Source: Chloroflexota bacterium | Lineage (GTDB): Bacteria; Chloroflexota; UBA11872; VXOZ01 | DNA length: 64,000 bases | Direction: 5' to 3' | Assembly: GCA_964291655.2 (NCBI GenBank) | Contig: OZ219802.1 | Span: forward strand, 1,792,001 to 1,856,000 | In this document: positions 27,770 to 36,599 of the stretch, one piece after another | Position numbering within the stretch: position 1 is the stretch's first letter | How the letters are laid out: every line of letters starts with the position of its first letter | Made by a program: the position numbers and the translations under genes | The notes under the pieces: model-generated | What the model was told of the DNA's origin: nothing | Databases searched by the model: none | The model's input: the letters and a program-made list of their open reading frames with translations, nothing else

Positions 27770-28001
27770 CTCTTCCCAACCACCCGATTTTGGAAGCAAG
27801 CAAATACATGCCATCTGTATAGGCATCAGATACGTCCGAGCTATCAGTGACCGGAAGAGTAAACGCGTGCTGAACGCACGCTAGCGGAACTGGGGGGCTG
27901 CACAGTCCCCTTGTGCCACGACGCGAGCCGGTTGTCCGTAGCAGGACGCCGGCTCTTTTCTTGTATGTCTTGAACCGGACCTGTTTCCCCCTCACCCCGC
28001 C

Positions 28002-28289
28002 TGTATCGCCCTGGGCAATGGGTTACCCATGTTCGGGTACAGAGGGTAACACTCTTGAAGGAGGAGTCTTCCTAGTATGGAATGGCCGTGGCTTGGAAGC
28101 TACAGCCGGTCACTACCTCACTCCACACGGTTTGCTGACCTGTCACAAGCTAACGAGGCGAGCCTGAGCTTAGGGTCTCGCCTCAAGAGGATTCTCTTGG
28201 GCCCGACGGAAAGCGCCCATACGTGTCAATCAACAAAATGTATAACCTAACTCCCCGAACAACTGTTACCGGTGTTCCCGGTCTGTACA
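28002..28289 (+). mobile_element. Diverged 288-bp IS481-derived MITE, copy E
   Basis: TGTATCGCCCTGGG...CCCGGTCTGTACA; colinear with copies B and D; no clear target duplication. Confidence 0.8.
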
Positions 28290-28398
28290 ACACTCCAGGG
28301 TGAAGGGGGCCTGCTCGTCCGCAGAATCGGGTTATGCCAGGGCCTCGATAGGTTTCCATAGCCTGAAGCAGCCACGACCTGTCAGCGGACGATAAACC

Positions 28399-29832
28399 TC
28401 AAGACTCCGCCACTGTGAAGGCATCCTCAACCGAGTAGGCCTCTTCCAACTTGGTGCGGAAGGGCTCTTGGGGGCGGGAGACGGCGGCGCTTTGGTAGGC
28501 GTGGTTTTGGAGGTTATGCTCGCAGAGCAAGCCGCGCAAATGGGAAATGACTTCCGCGTGTGTGCCGCCTCCCGCCAGATTCTTGATTTCTTCCGGGTCG
28601 GTTTCCAGATCGTAGAGTTCGCTTTCGCCGGTGGCGTAGTGGGCGTACTTATAGCGCGCGTCCCGCACCATCTGGCTGCCCAGGTTCTCGCTGAAGACGG
28701 TGTCGCGGTGAGGATGCGTAGGCTCGGCGAGGAGAGGCGCAAGACTCTTGCCTTGCAGCGTGTCCGGCGGTTCCACACCGCAGGTGGTGTAGAAGAGCGG
28801 CACGTAGTCAAGAGAACTCACCAGCGCTGGGCAGCGCGACCCACCTGCCACTCCCGGCCCGCGAATAATGAGCGGCACGTGGGCCATGGACTCATAGTAG
28901 AAGCCTTTGTACGGCAGGCCGTGGTCGCCCAGGGCGTCACCGTGGTCGGCGGTATAGATGATGAGGGTCTTGTCCAACACGCCGTTGGCTTCCAGCGCAG
29001 CCAGCATCTTGCCGACCTCCTCGTCGATGAGCGAAATGTTGGCGTAATAGTGAGCGCGCCACATGCGATGCTGCTCCGGCGTCGCCTCCGAAGGGCTCAT
29101 GCGGTACATGGAATTCTTAAGGTTTTCCCTGCCGGCCATCTGTTGGGCGCGGGGCTTGTTCACAAGCTCCGCCCGCGAACCGACAGGCGTGGGGATGGGC
29201 GCATCGTAGTACATGTCCGCCATCTCTTCCGGCGGGTCGTAAGGGTCATGCGGCCCGGCAAAGCTCACCCATGCCGCAAAGGGTTCCTTGCCGTTCTCCG
29301 CCAGCCACTCTGCCGCTTGGTCGCCGATGAAGCCATCCACGTGAAAGCGCTTCGGCAGCGGCGTTACCGAGGCGTTCAGTGTGTCGAAATAGCCGGGATT
29401 CTGGGTAGGATGCGCGCGCTTGTAACCGTGGGCGCGCAGGAACTTGCTATGGTCGTCGGGCAGGTACGTATGCCGCTTATCTTCCGCGCTGATGCGCTCT
29501 TGAAAACCGTTGCGGGCGTCCCAGGGAAAGAAGTGCATCTTGCCGACGGCGGCGGTGTTGTACACGGCGTCGGTGAGTTCCTGGGGCCAGACGGGCAGCT
29601 TGCCCTCGTCGAGCCAGTGTGAATTACCGAGCACGCCGGTGGCGGACGGCCACTGGCCGCACAGCAACGCCGCGCGCGTTGGCACGCAGAGCGGCGCAGG
29701 CACGTAGCAGCGCTCGAATACCATCCCTTCCCGCGCCAGCCGGTCGAGATTAGGCGTCTGCATGAAGTCCAGACCGTAGCACGGCAGGCTATCCCAACGC
29801 TGCTGGTCTGCGGTGATGAAGAGCAGATTCAT
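28399..29832 (-). CDS. Sulfatase (formylglycine-dependent, Cys type)
   Basis: ITADQQR, LCVPTRAALLCG (CxPxR), VGKMH, PHDPY, TADHGD. Confidence 0.94.
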   Translation of the reverse strand: MNLLFITADQQRWDSLPCYGLDFMQTPNLDRLAREGMVFERCYVPAPLCVPTRAALLCGQWPSATGVLGNSHWLDEGKLPVWPQELTDAVYNTAAVGKMHFFPWDARNGFQERISAEDKRHTYLPDDHSKFLRAHGYKRAHPTQNPGYFDTLNASVTPLPKRFHVDGFIGDQAAEWLAENGKEPFAAWVSFAGPHDPYDPPEEMADMYYDAPIPTPVGSRAELVNKPRAQQMAGRENLKNSMYRMSPSEATPEQHRMWRAHYYANISLIDEEVGKMLAALEANGVLDKTLIIYTADHGDALGDHGLPYKGFYYESMAHVPLIIRGPGVAGGSRCPALVSSLDYVPLFYTTCGVEPPDTLQGKSLAPLLAEPTHPHRDTVFSENLGSQMVRDARYKYAHYATGESELYDLETDPEEIKNLAGGGTHAEVISHLRGLLCEHNLQNHAYQSAAVSRPQEPFRTKLEEAYSVEDAFTVAES

Positions 29833-29944
29833 GAAACCCCTCTCGTCCAATTTCCTTGCCAAGTACGATAGCAAGATTCGGGTGGTTACTCAACACGATG
29901 CAGGAGTACAGTAACCTCAATGAAGAGAAGAAAGGGAATGCCGC

Positions 29945-30820
29945 ATGGAACAATGTGACGATTATCGCCGCATCGAACACGCTATTGAATTCTTGGCGCA
30001 CAACTTCCGCAGCCAGCCTCATCTCGACGAAGTCGCTGCCAGCGTGCACCTCAGCAAGTATCATTTTCAGCGCCTCTTCAAGCGCTGGGCCGGGGTGACG
30101 CCGACTCAATTCTTACATTATCTTACCGTCGAATACGCCAAAGAGCAGTTAGCCGCAAGCCAAAGTATCTTCGAGACGACGCTTGACGCCGGTCTCTCCA
30201 GTCCCAGCCGTCTTCACGATCTCTTCGTCACGTTCGAGGCCATGACACCCGGCGAATACAAGCGCCATGGGACCGGCCTAGAAATCGACTACGGATTTCA
30301 CCCTACACCCTTTGGGGAGTGCCTGCTCGCCACTACGGCGCGCGGTATCTGCGCGCTAAGGTTCGTTGCGCCGGAGAACAGAGCGCAGAGCTTCGCGCAG
30401 CTATGTGAGGAGTGGCCGCACGCGCAATTCGCGCACCGCCCTGCTGTAACCGAGCCTATCGTCCGGCGCGCCTTCAGTCCCACAGATTGGCGAGAGGCGC
30501 CTCGCTTTCATCTCTTGGTCAGGGGAACGAACTTTCAAATCCAGGTTTGGCAGGCATTGCTTACCCTCCCCTTTGGCGCCATGGCAAGCTACCAGACTGT
30601 AGCAGCACATCTGTCTGCTCCTACTGCGGCCCGCGCGGTAGGTGGCGCAGTCGCGCAGAATCCCATCGCATACCTCATACCCTGCCACCGAGTCATCACG
30701 AACGTGGGCACAGCGCACCGCTATCGCTGGGGCACTGCCAAGAAACAAGCCATCCTCGGCTGGGAAGCAAGCCGCCTGCACAAGGATTCAATCCGACTGC
30801 GGCAGACTGGCAACGCGTAG
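29945..30820 (+). CDS. AraC-type HTH fused to methylated-DNA--protein-cysteine methyltransferase (Ada-like, lacking the Zn domain)
   Basis: LSKYHFQRLFKRWAGVTP, SRLHDLF, GTNFQIQVW, IPCHRV. Confidence 0.92.
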   Translation: MEQCDDYRRIEHAIEFLAHNFRSQPHLDEVAASVHLSKYHFQRLFKRWAGVTPTQFLHYLTVEYAKEQLAASQSIFETTLDAGLSSPSRLHDLFVTFEAMTPGEYKRHGTGLEIDYGFHPTPFGECLLATTARGICALRFVAPENRAQSFAQLCEEWPHAQFAHRPAVTEPIVRRAFSPTDWREAPRFHLLVRGTNFQIQVWQALLTLPFGAMASYQTVAAHLSAPTAARAVGGAVAQNPIAYLIPCHRVITNVGTAHRYRWGTAKKQAILGWEASRLHKDSIRLRQTGNA

Positions 30821-31005
30821 ACGTTCCTCTCACGTCTTGAACCACATTTCACCAGCTCGAATGGTCTGTCGCACGATTTTAGTGGCGGTCACCGTCTCCG
30901 TTGCTATCTACTTCCAGAGTCTCGCCTCGCGCCGCTCCGCTAGCAGGCAGCACACGTATCCCTTACGATAGGGAAGATTGATCGAAGGAACGAGCGGAGT
31001 AGGCC

Positions 31006-31791
31006 GTGTCTACGAATTCTGCGGACGCCCTGTTAGAGGTTGACCACGTTACCAAGTCGTTTGGCGGCTTGCAGGCGGTGTACAACTGCTCACTGCAGGT
31101 GCGGCAGGGCACGATAACGGGTCTGATTGGGCCGAACGGGGCCGGCAAGACGACGCTGTTCAACCTCATTTCCGGCTTCTATGCCCCGGACGCCGGCAGC
31201 ATCGTATTTCAGGGTAAGCGCATCGACGGCCTGCCGCCGCACCGGGTCTTCCGCCACGGCCTCTGCCGCACCTTTCAAGTGCCCAAAGAACTCAAGCAGA
31301 TGACGGTGCTGGAAAACCTCATGCTGGTGCCTTCCGGCCAAACGGGTGAGTGGCTGGGAGCCGCATGGCTCATGCCGTGGCGGGTACGGCAGCAGGAGCA
31401 GGAGGCGTACGACAAAGCGCTGGACGTGCTAGAGTTTGTGAACTTGGCGCATCAGCGCGATGAATATGCCGCCAATCTCTCCACGGGCCAGAAGAAGCTG
31501 CTGGAGCTCGCCCGGGCGATGATGACCGATCCCCAACTCATCATGCTGGACGAGCCGGGGGCCGGAGTAAACCCGACGCTGTTGCGCAGCCTTATGGAAC
31601 AGATCGAGCGGCTCGTCGCCGAGCGGGACATCACCGTGCTGCTAATCGAGCACAACATGGCCGTAGTGATGGGCCTCTGCAACCCCGTGATCGTGATGAG
31701 CAACGGCGAGAAACTTGCGGAGGGCACACCGGCTGAGGTCCAGGAGAACGAGCAGGTACTTGCGGCGTACTTGGGAGGCCAAAACCGGTGA
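31006..31791 (+). CDS. livG: Branched-chain amino acid ABC transporter ATP-binding protein (LivG-like)
   Basis: GPNGAGKTTLFN, RTFQ, LDEPGAG, IEHNM, AYLG. Confidence 0.88.
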   Translation: MSTNSADALLEVDHVTKSFGGLQAVYNCSLQVRQGTITGLIGPNGAGKTTLFNLISGFYAPDAGSIVFQGKRIDGLPPHRVFRHGLCRTFQVPKELKQMTVLENLMLVPSGQTGEWLGAAWLMPWRVRQQEQEAYDKALDVLEFVNLAHQRDEYAANLSTGQKKLLELARAMMTDPQLIMLDEPGAGVNPTLLRSLMEQIERLVAERDITVLLIEHNMAVVMGLCNPVIVMSNGEKLAEGTPAEVQENEQVLAAYLGGQNR

Positions 31792-32498
31792 ATTTACTCG
31801 AGGCCACCGGCATCGTCTCCGGCTACGGCGAAATAGAAATCTTGCATGGTGTCTCTCTGGCCGTCGGCGCCGGCGAAGTGGTGACCATCATCGGTCCCAA
31901 CGGCTGCGGCAAGTCCACGCTTATGAAGACGATCTTCGGCCTGCTGGATCCCACCAAAGGGAAGATTTCGTTCAACGATACCGACATCACCGGCATGCCG
32001 CCACACGAGATCGTCTGCCTGGGCTTGAGCTACGTGCCGCAGGCAGACAACACGTTCTTGAGCCTCACGGTGCAGGAAAACCTGGCAATGGGCGCGTTCC
32101 TACGCTCCGACGGCTACGCGAAACAAACGGAGATGGTCTATGAGCTCTTTCCTGATCTCAAGGAACGCCGCCAGGCCAAAGTCTCGTCACTGAGCGGCGG
32201 CCAGCGGCAAATGGTGGCGATGGCCCGCGCGCTGATGCTCGATCCACGGCTGCTGCTGCTCGACGAACCCACGGCGGGCCTCGCGCCGGTATTTGTAGAG
32301 ACGGTGTTCGCGCAGATTGCGCACGTTAACGCACAGGGCATTGCGGTGCTAATGGTGGAACAGAACGCGCGCATGGCGTTGGAACATACGCAGCGGGGCT
32401 ACGTGCTGGCGAGCGGAGAGAACCGCTTCACCGACGCCAGCAGCGCGCTGCTGGCGAATGAGGAAGTTGCGCGGCTCTATCTGGGAGGAGACATTTGA
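31788..32498 (+). CDS. livF: Branched-chain amino acid ABC transporter ATP-binding protein (LivF-like)
   Basis: GPNGCGKST, LSGGQRQM, VEQNA, LYLGG; GTGA overlap with livG. Confidence 0.88.
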   Translation: MNLLEATGIVSGYGEIEILHGVSLAVGAGEVVTIIGPNGCGKSTLMKTIFGLLDPTKGKISFNDTDITGMPPHEIVCLGLSYVPQADNTFLSLTVQENLAMGAFLRSDGYAKQTEMVYELFPDLKERRQAKVSSLSGGQRQMVAMARALMLDPRLLLLDEPTAGLAPVFVETVFAQIAHVNAQGIAVLMVEQNARMALEHTQRGYVLASGENRFTDASSALLANEEVARLYLGGDI

Positions 32499-32682
32499 TT
32501 AGCTCAGTCATTCAGGTGAGAGCCGGGTTTCAACGGCATAAGGTTGCGCGCGGCAGCTTGTTCTCAGACCTTGCTTACTCCCATCTCAACCCTTCATTAG
32601 CAAAGAGACGTCTGTATTGCTCTGCTGGGCAGGTGGAAGTGAGTTGGATGGCGAGTTTTTCCCCTCACCCCGGCCCTCTCCC

Positions 32683-32970
32683 TGTACAGACCGGGGACAT
32701 AGGTAACAGTTGTTCGGGGACATGGGTTACACATTTTACTGATTGACACCTACGAGAGCATTGGGTTGGTCCGGGTTTGATAAGAGACTGGCGACACAGT
32801 GCACTCACTTTCAGCCTGTCAGCTTGTGCCAGAGAAACAAACTGTGTGCATAAGGATATTGAGCGGATCTAACTTTCAAGGCAAGGACATCGCATACTAC
32901 GAAAATCCCCTCGTTCTATGGTGTAACCTATGTGCCCGAACATGTGTAACCCATGTACCCGGTCTATACA
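32683..32970 (-). mobile_element. 288-bp IS481-derived MITE, copy D
   Basis: TGTACAGACC...GGTCTATACA; CTCCC duplicated (32678-82 / 32971-75); terminal ~50 bp match IS copy C. Confidence 0.92.
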
Positions 32971-33140
32971 CTCCCCAGGGAGAGGGAGTCATTTAGGCCC
33001 GGACGTCTTCAGAGAGAGGGAGGGTCTTGCCGTCCCGGCCGTCGCCAGAGAGATAGAGGATCTTGCCATCCCAGTCCTCTTCCCAGGGAGAGGGAGTCAT
33101 TTGGGCCCGGAAGTCTTCAGATAGAGGGAGTATCTTGCCG
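32971..33140. repeat. Two ~60-bp direct repeats beginning with the GGGAGAGGG hairpin arm
   Basis: CCCAGGGAGAGGGAGTCATTT.GGCCCGGA.GTCTTCAGA.AGAGGGAG..TCTTGCCG, twice. Confidence 0.8.
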
Positions 33141-33254
33141 CCTTTCGTCCGGGGGAATGCAGCAGACCGAACGTCCGCGCATGCCTCGCGGAACGTTACG
33201 GAGGTCGCAGGCAAGGGGGAAGGAGTACCGCAAGGGTCTCCGAGGTGGAGCGGC

Positions 33255-34172
33255 ATGATTGCACTGGTCGTGGACGGCATCATTCTCGGCAGCATCCTCT
33301 CCCTGGGCGCGGTGAGCCTTACCTTGGTGTATGGCATCGTGCGCTTTGCCAACTTCGCCCACGGCGACTTGATGGCCGTAGGCGCGTACGTGGCGTTCTT
33401 CCTCGTGAACACGGTCTTCGCGATGCTGGGTCTGCCGAATGTTACGTTTGGGCCGCTCTCGTTCGGCTTGCCGATGCTGCTTGCACTTCCGATCGCAATG
33501 CTCGTTACAGCGGCTGTTGCCGTGATTGTCGATCGGCTGGTTTTTCGTCCCATGCGGCGGCGGCGCTACGCTACGGTGATGTTCGTTATCGGTTCCTTAG
33601 CGGTCGCCTTTGCCATACGCGCCTTGCTCTTCATCATCTGGGGGCCGGAGTTTCACTTCTTTACGCAAGCCTTGCGGCCGGCCATGCAACTGCCATTCGA
33701 AGTCCGCGTAAAGCCCGATCAAGTTTTCATTCTGTTTGCCTGCCTCTCCATGGTTGTGGGTCTGTATCTCTTCTTGCAGCGCTCGAAGATCGGCCAGGCG
33801 CTCCGCGCCACGGCGGATAACCCGGATTTGGCGCGCATCAGCGGCATCAATACCGAGCACATGATGGTCTGGACCTGGGCTATCGGGGCGGCTATGGCGG
33901 CGACCGCGGGCATTCTGCTCGGCATCGACTCGCAATTGCGCCCGGAGATGGGATGGAATTTGCTGCTGCCGCTCTTTGCCGCAGCCATTCTCGGCGGCAT
34001 CGGCAACCCGTACGGCGCGTTGGTCGGCGGTATGATAATAGGGATCGTGCAGCAGGTGTCGACGGCATTCATCTTGCCCACGTATAAGCCCGCCGTGGCG
34101 TTTGTGATTCTGATATTGGTGCTGCTTATTCGCCCGCGGGGGTTATTCGGTAGCGAGGAACGGGGATTTTAA
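33255..34172 (+). CDS. livH: Branched-chain amino acid ABC transporter permease (LivH-like)
   Basis: LVYGIVRFANFAHGD, GQALRATADN, AAILGGIGNP, RPRGLFG. Confidence 0.88.
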   Translation: MIALVVDGIILGSILSLGAVSLTLVYGIVRFANFAHGDLMAVGAYVAFFLVNTVFAMLGLPNVTFGPLSFGLPMLLALPIAMLVTAAVAVIVDRLVFRPMRRRRYATVMFVIGSLAVAFAIRALLFIIWGPEFHFFTQALRPAMQLPFEVRVKPDQVFILFACLSMVVGLYLFLQRSKIGQALRATADNPDLARISGINTEHMMVWTWAIGAAMAATAGILLGIDSQLRPEMGWNLLLPLFAAAILGGIGNPYGALVGGMIIGIVQQVSTAFILPTYKPAVAFVILILVLLIRPRGLFGSEERGF

Positions 34173-34280
34173 AGGTAGTTGGCGGGTAGCGCAGGTCTAC
34201 AACCTGCGTCTGCATCGATCGTACTTTCGCCGCAACTTGAAGTCGAAATCGCTGAGTACAAGGAGAGCACAAGAAGCAGC

Positions 34281-35270
34281 ATGGCACTCGAGGCAATCCT
34301 GAGTTCCGGCATACTGAATTATCTGGTCGGTTTCCTCATCGTCGCCGGCATCTACGCGCTGTTCACGCTCGGCCTGAACGTGCACTTCGGCGACACCGGT
34401 CTCATCAACTTCGGTGTCGCCGGGTTCTTTGCCATTGGCGCCTACACAGCGGCGTTGGTCACAAAGCCGCTGCCCACAGGTGAACTTGCCCGCTACACCC
34501 AGCAGGCGCTCGGCCTCAACCAGCCGTTTCTCGTGGGAGTCATTGCCGCTGCCGTCGTCTGCGGCATCGTGGCTGTGCTCATAGGGATACCGACTCTCCG
34601 GCTCCGCGAGGACTACCTGGCAATTGCTACCATCGGCATCGCCGAGAGCATCCGGCTGGTTTTTAACAATGAGCAGTGGTTGGCCAATGGTTCGAAAGGA
34701 CTGGTGGGCATCCCGCGACCGCTCTACGACCTGGTGCCGTCCGCGTACTACAACTACATCTATCTCGGCATCGTTGTGCTCGTGGTCGCGTTCGTCGCCA
34801 TACTGCTGGAGCGGATGATCCGCTCACCGTGGGGACGCGTGCTGCGGGCAATCCGGGAAGATGAGGTGGTGGCTGCCGCCTATGGAAAGAACGTGTTCGG
34901 CTTCAAGCTGCAAGCCTTGGTGCTCGGCGCGATGGTAATGGGCGTGGGCGGCGCGCTTTACGCCCACAACGCCGGCACCATCAGTCCCGGCGTGTTTGAG
35001 CCGGTTTTCGGCACGTTCATCGTTTGGGTAATGCTCATACTGGGAGGCAGCGGCAACACGAAAGGCGTCATCCTCGGCGCTTTCGTCTTCTGGGCCATCT
35101 GGGCGGGAACGCAGTTTGCTACCGACGCGCTCGTACCGCCCGCCTTGAACGCGCGCGCCCCGCACTTCCGCTTTCTCCTCATGGAAACGCTGCTCGTGCT
35201 GATGCTGCTCTTCCGTCCCAAAGGCATCCTGGGGGAGGAACGCTTCGTGTCTACTCTGCGGCCGCACTGA
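34281..35270 (+). CDS. livM: Branched-chain amino acid ABC transporter permease (LivM-like)
   Basis: GDTGLINFG, LRLREDYLAIAT, SPWGRVLRAIREDE, RPKGILG. Confidence 0.88.
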   Translation: MALEAILSSGILNYLVGFLIVAGIYALFTLGLNVHFGDTGLINFGVAGFFAIGAYTAALVTKPLPTGELARYTQQALGLNQPFLVGVIAAAVVCGIVAVLIGIPTLRLREDYLAIATIGIAESIRLVFNNEQWLANGSKGLVGIPRPLYDLVPSAYYNYIYLGIVVLVVAFVAILLERMIRSPWGRVLRAIREDEVVAAAYGKNVFGFKLQALVLGAMVMGVGGALYAHNAGTISPGVFEPVFGTFIVWVMLILGGSGNTKGVILGAFVFWAIWAGTQFATDALVPPALNARAPHFRFLLMETLLVLMLLFRPKGILGEERFVSTLRPH

Positions 35271-35409
35271 CCCAAGTAATCCTATTCCCTCGGTTGTTTG
35301 AGAACAGGATTGCTGCCGATTCTCGTCCGTTCATACTTCGACAAGCTCAGTACGAACGGAGGCGCAGATTAGAGCCACCATATGGAGATAACCCGCAACG
35401 AAGTGTGTG

Positions 35410-36333
35410 CTACGGCGGCGTGCAGCCGGGGCCGCCGCGAATGTTGAGGGTAACTTCGGCATTCTGTTCGGCTGGAAAGCCGGGCAATGGATTCTGGCTG
35501 GCCACCGTGCCGCATTCCCCTGAGTCGTTGGTTAGGGTGATGCCGAGCTTACCGCGAAAACCGCTCGCATTGAGGTCTTCCTGCGCAATGGCAAATTGTT
35601 TGTTGCGTACATCCGGTACGGACACACGGTCAGTCCCTTTGCTCACCGTGAGACGCACGATACTGCCCGGCTCTACTTGCGTGCCACTAACTGGCTCTTG
35701 AGCCAGCACCATACCCGCCGGGACGGTAAAGCTGCCCTGCTCTATTTCCTCGACCGTCACACCCAGCAGTTGCAGTTGCTCGCGAGCGTTCTCTACCGTA
35801 ATGCCCACCACTTCCGGCATTGTCGGATTCTCGGGTCCCTTGCTGATCCTGACCGTAACGATGAAGCCCTCATCTACCTCGGCATTCGCCGCCGGGGATT
35901 GGCTCACAACACGACCGGGAGCGACAGTTTCGTCGAATACTTCCTCTGTCTCGGCGGCTAACCCGTACTGCTCCAGCAAAGCAACCGCCCGCTCCTCAGA
36001 AAGCTGGATGAGATTCGGCACGGCAGTGCGCGGTGTGGGAGAAGGCTGCGCGATTTGGCCTCGCGACGGCGTAGGCACGGTATTGGGTGTCGGGCGTATG
36101 GGTGCCCTGGGCTCGCTGGTGGCGGAAGGCGAGAGAATGGGAACATCGTCAAGCAGCGTTCCCAGGTCCGGCACCAGGCGGAAACCGAGCCACAGCGCGA
36201 TGATCGCCGCGATGAATATGAGCGGGATACCCCAGCGGGATGCCGGTTCCGGCGACCGCCTGTCCGGCCTCTCAGGTCTTCTCGATCCCCCCGATCCAAG
36301 CAATCTCACACTCCTCGCTTTGCCTTGGCGCAA
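35410..36333 (-). CDS. Membrane-anchored protein with three PASTA domains and no kinase domain
   Basis: TM helix, Pro-rich linker, three repeats of VP.V.....A...L..G...V.SQ.P.......V....SKG. Confidence 0.87.
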   Translation of the reverse strand: MRQGKARSVRLLGSGGSRRPERPDRRSPEPASRWGIPLIFIAAIIALWLGFRLVPDLGTLLDDVPILSPSATSEPRAPIRPTPNTVPTPSRGQIAQPSPTPRTAVPNLIQLSEERAVALLEQYGLAAETEEVFDETVAPGRVVSQSPAANAEVDEGFIVTVRISKGPENPTMPEVVGITVENAREQLQLLGVTVEEIEQGSFTVPAGMVLAQEPVSGTQVEPGSIVRLTVSKGTDRVSVPDVRNKQFAIAQEDLNASGFRGKLGITLTNDSGECGTVASQNPLPGFPAEQNAEVTLNIRGGPGCTPP

Positions 36334-36599
36334 TACTGCTTCCGCTATTTATTCTCAATACCGCTCAAACTGGAAAACTCTGTCTCTGAATCATGCCAAG
36401 ACCTGCGCCAGGCCGCCCATCTATCGATCCTGCGACAAGCCTGTGCTGAGCGCTTCGGCAAGCTCAGGACAGGCAGCCTCAGAGCTTGCCACGTCCTCGA
36501 TACAAATTTATCGACACGATAAAGCGTATCGACACGATACGGGGACGTACAAATGCCACCTCGCATGTACGGAAGAATCTCTGCGGGGAGCTCCGCCGC

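Noticed and set aside
33063-33254. N-terminal extensions of livH (also livM, bioY, sulfatase and deacetylase 2) shown in the ORF track
   Set aside because: They run through repeats or intergenic DNA; downstream ATGs with better RBS or motif context were chosen.
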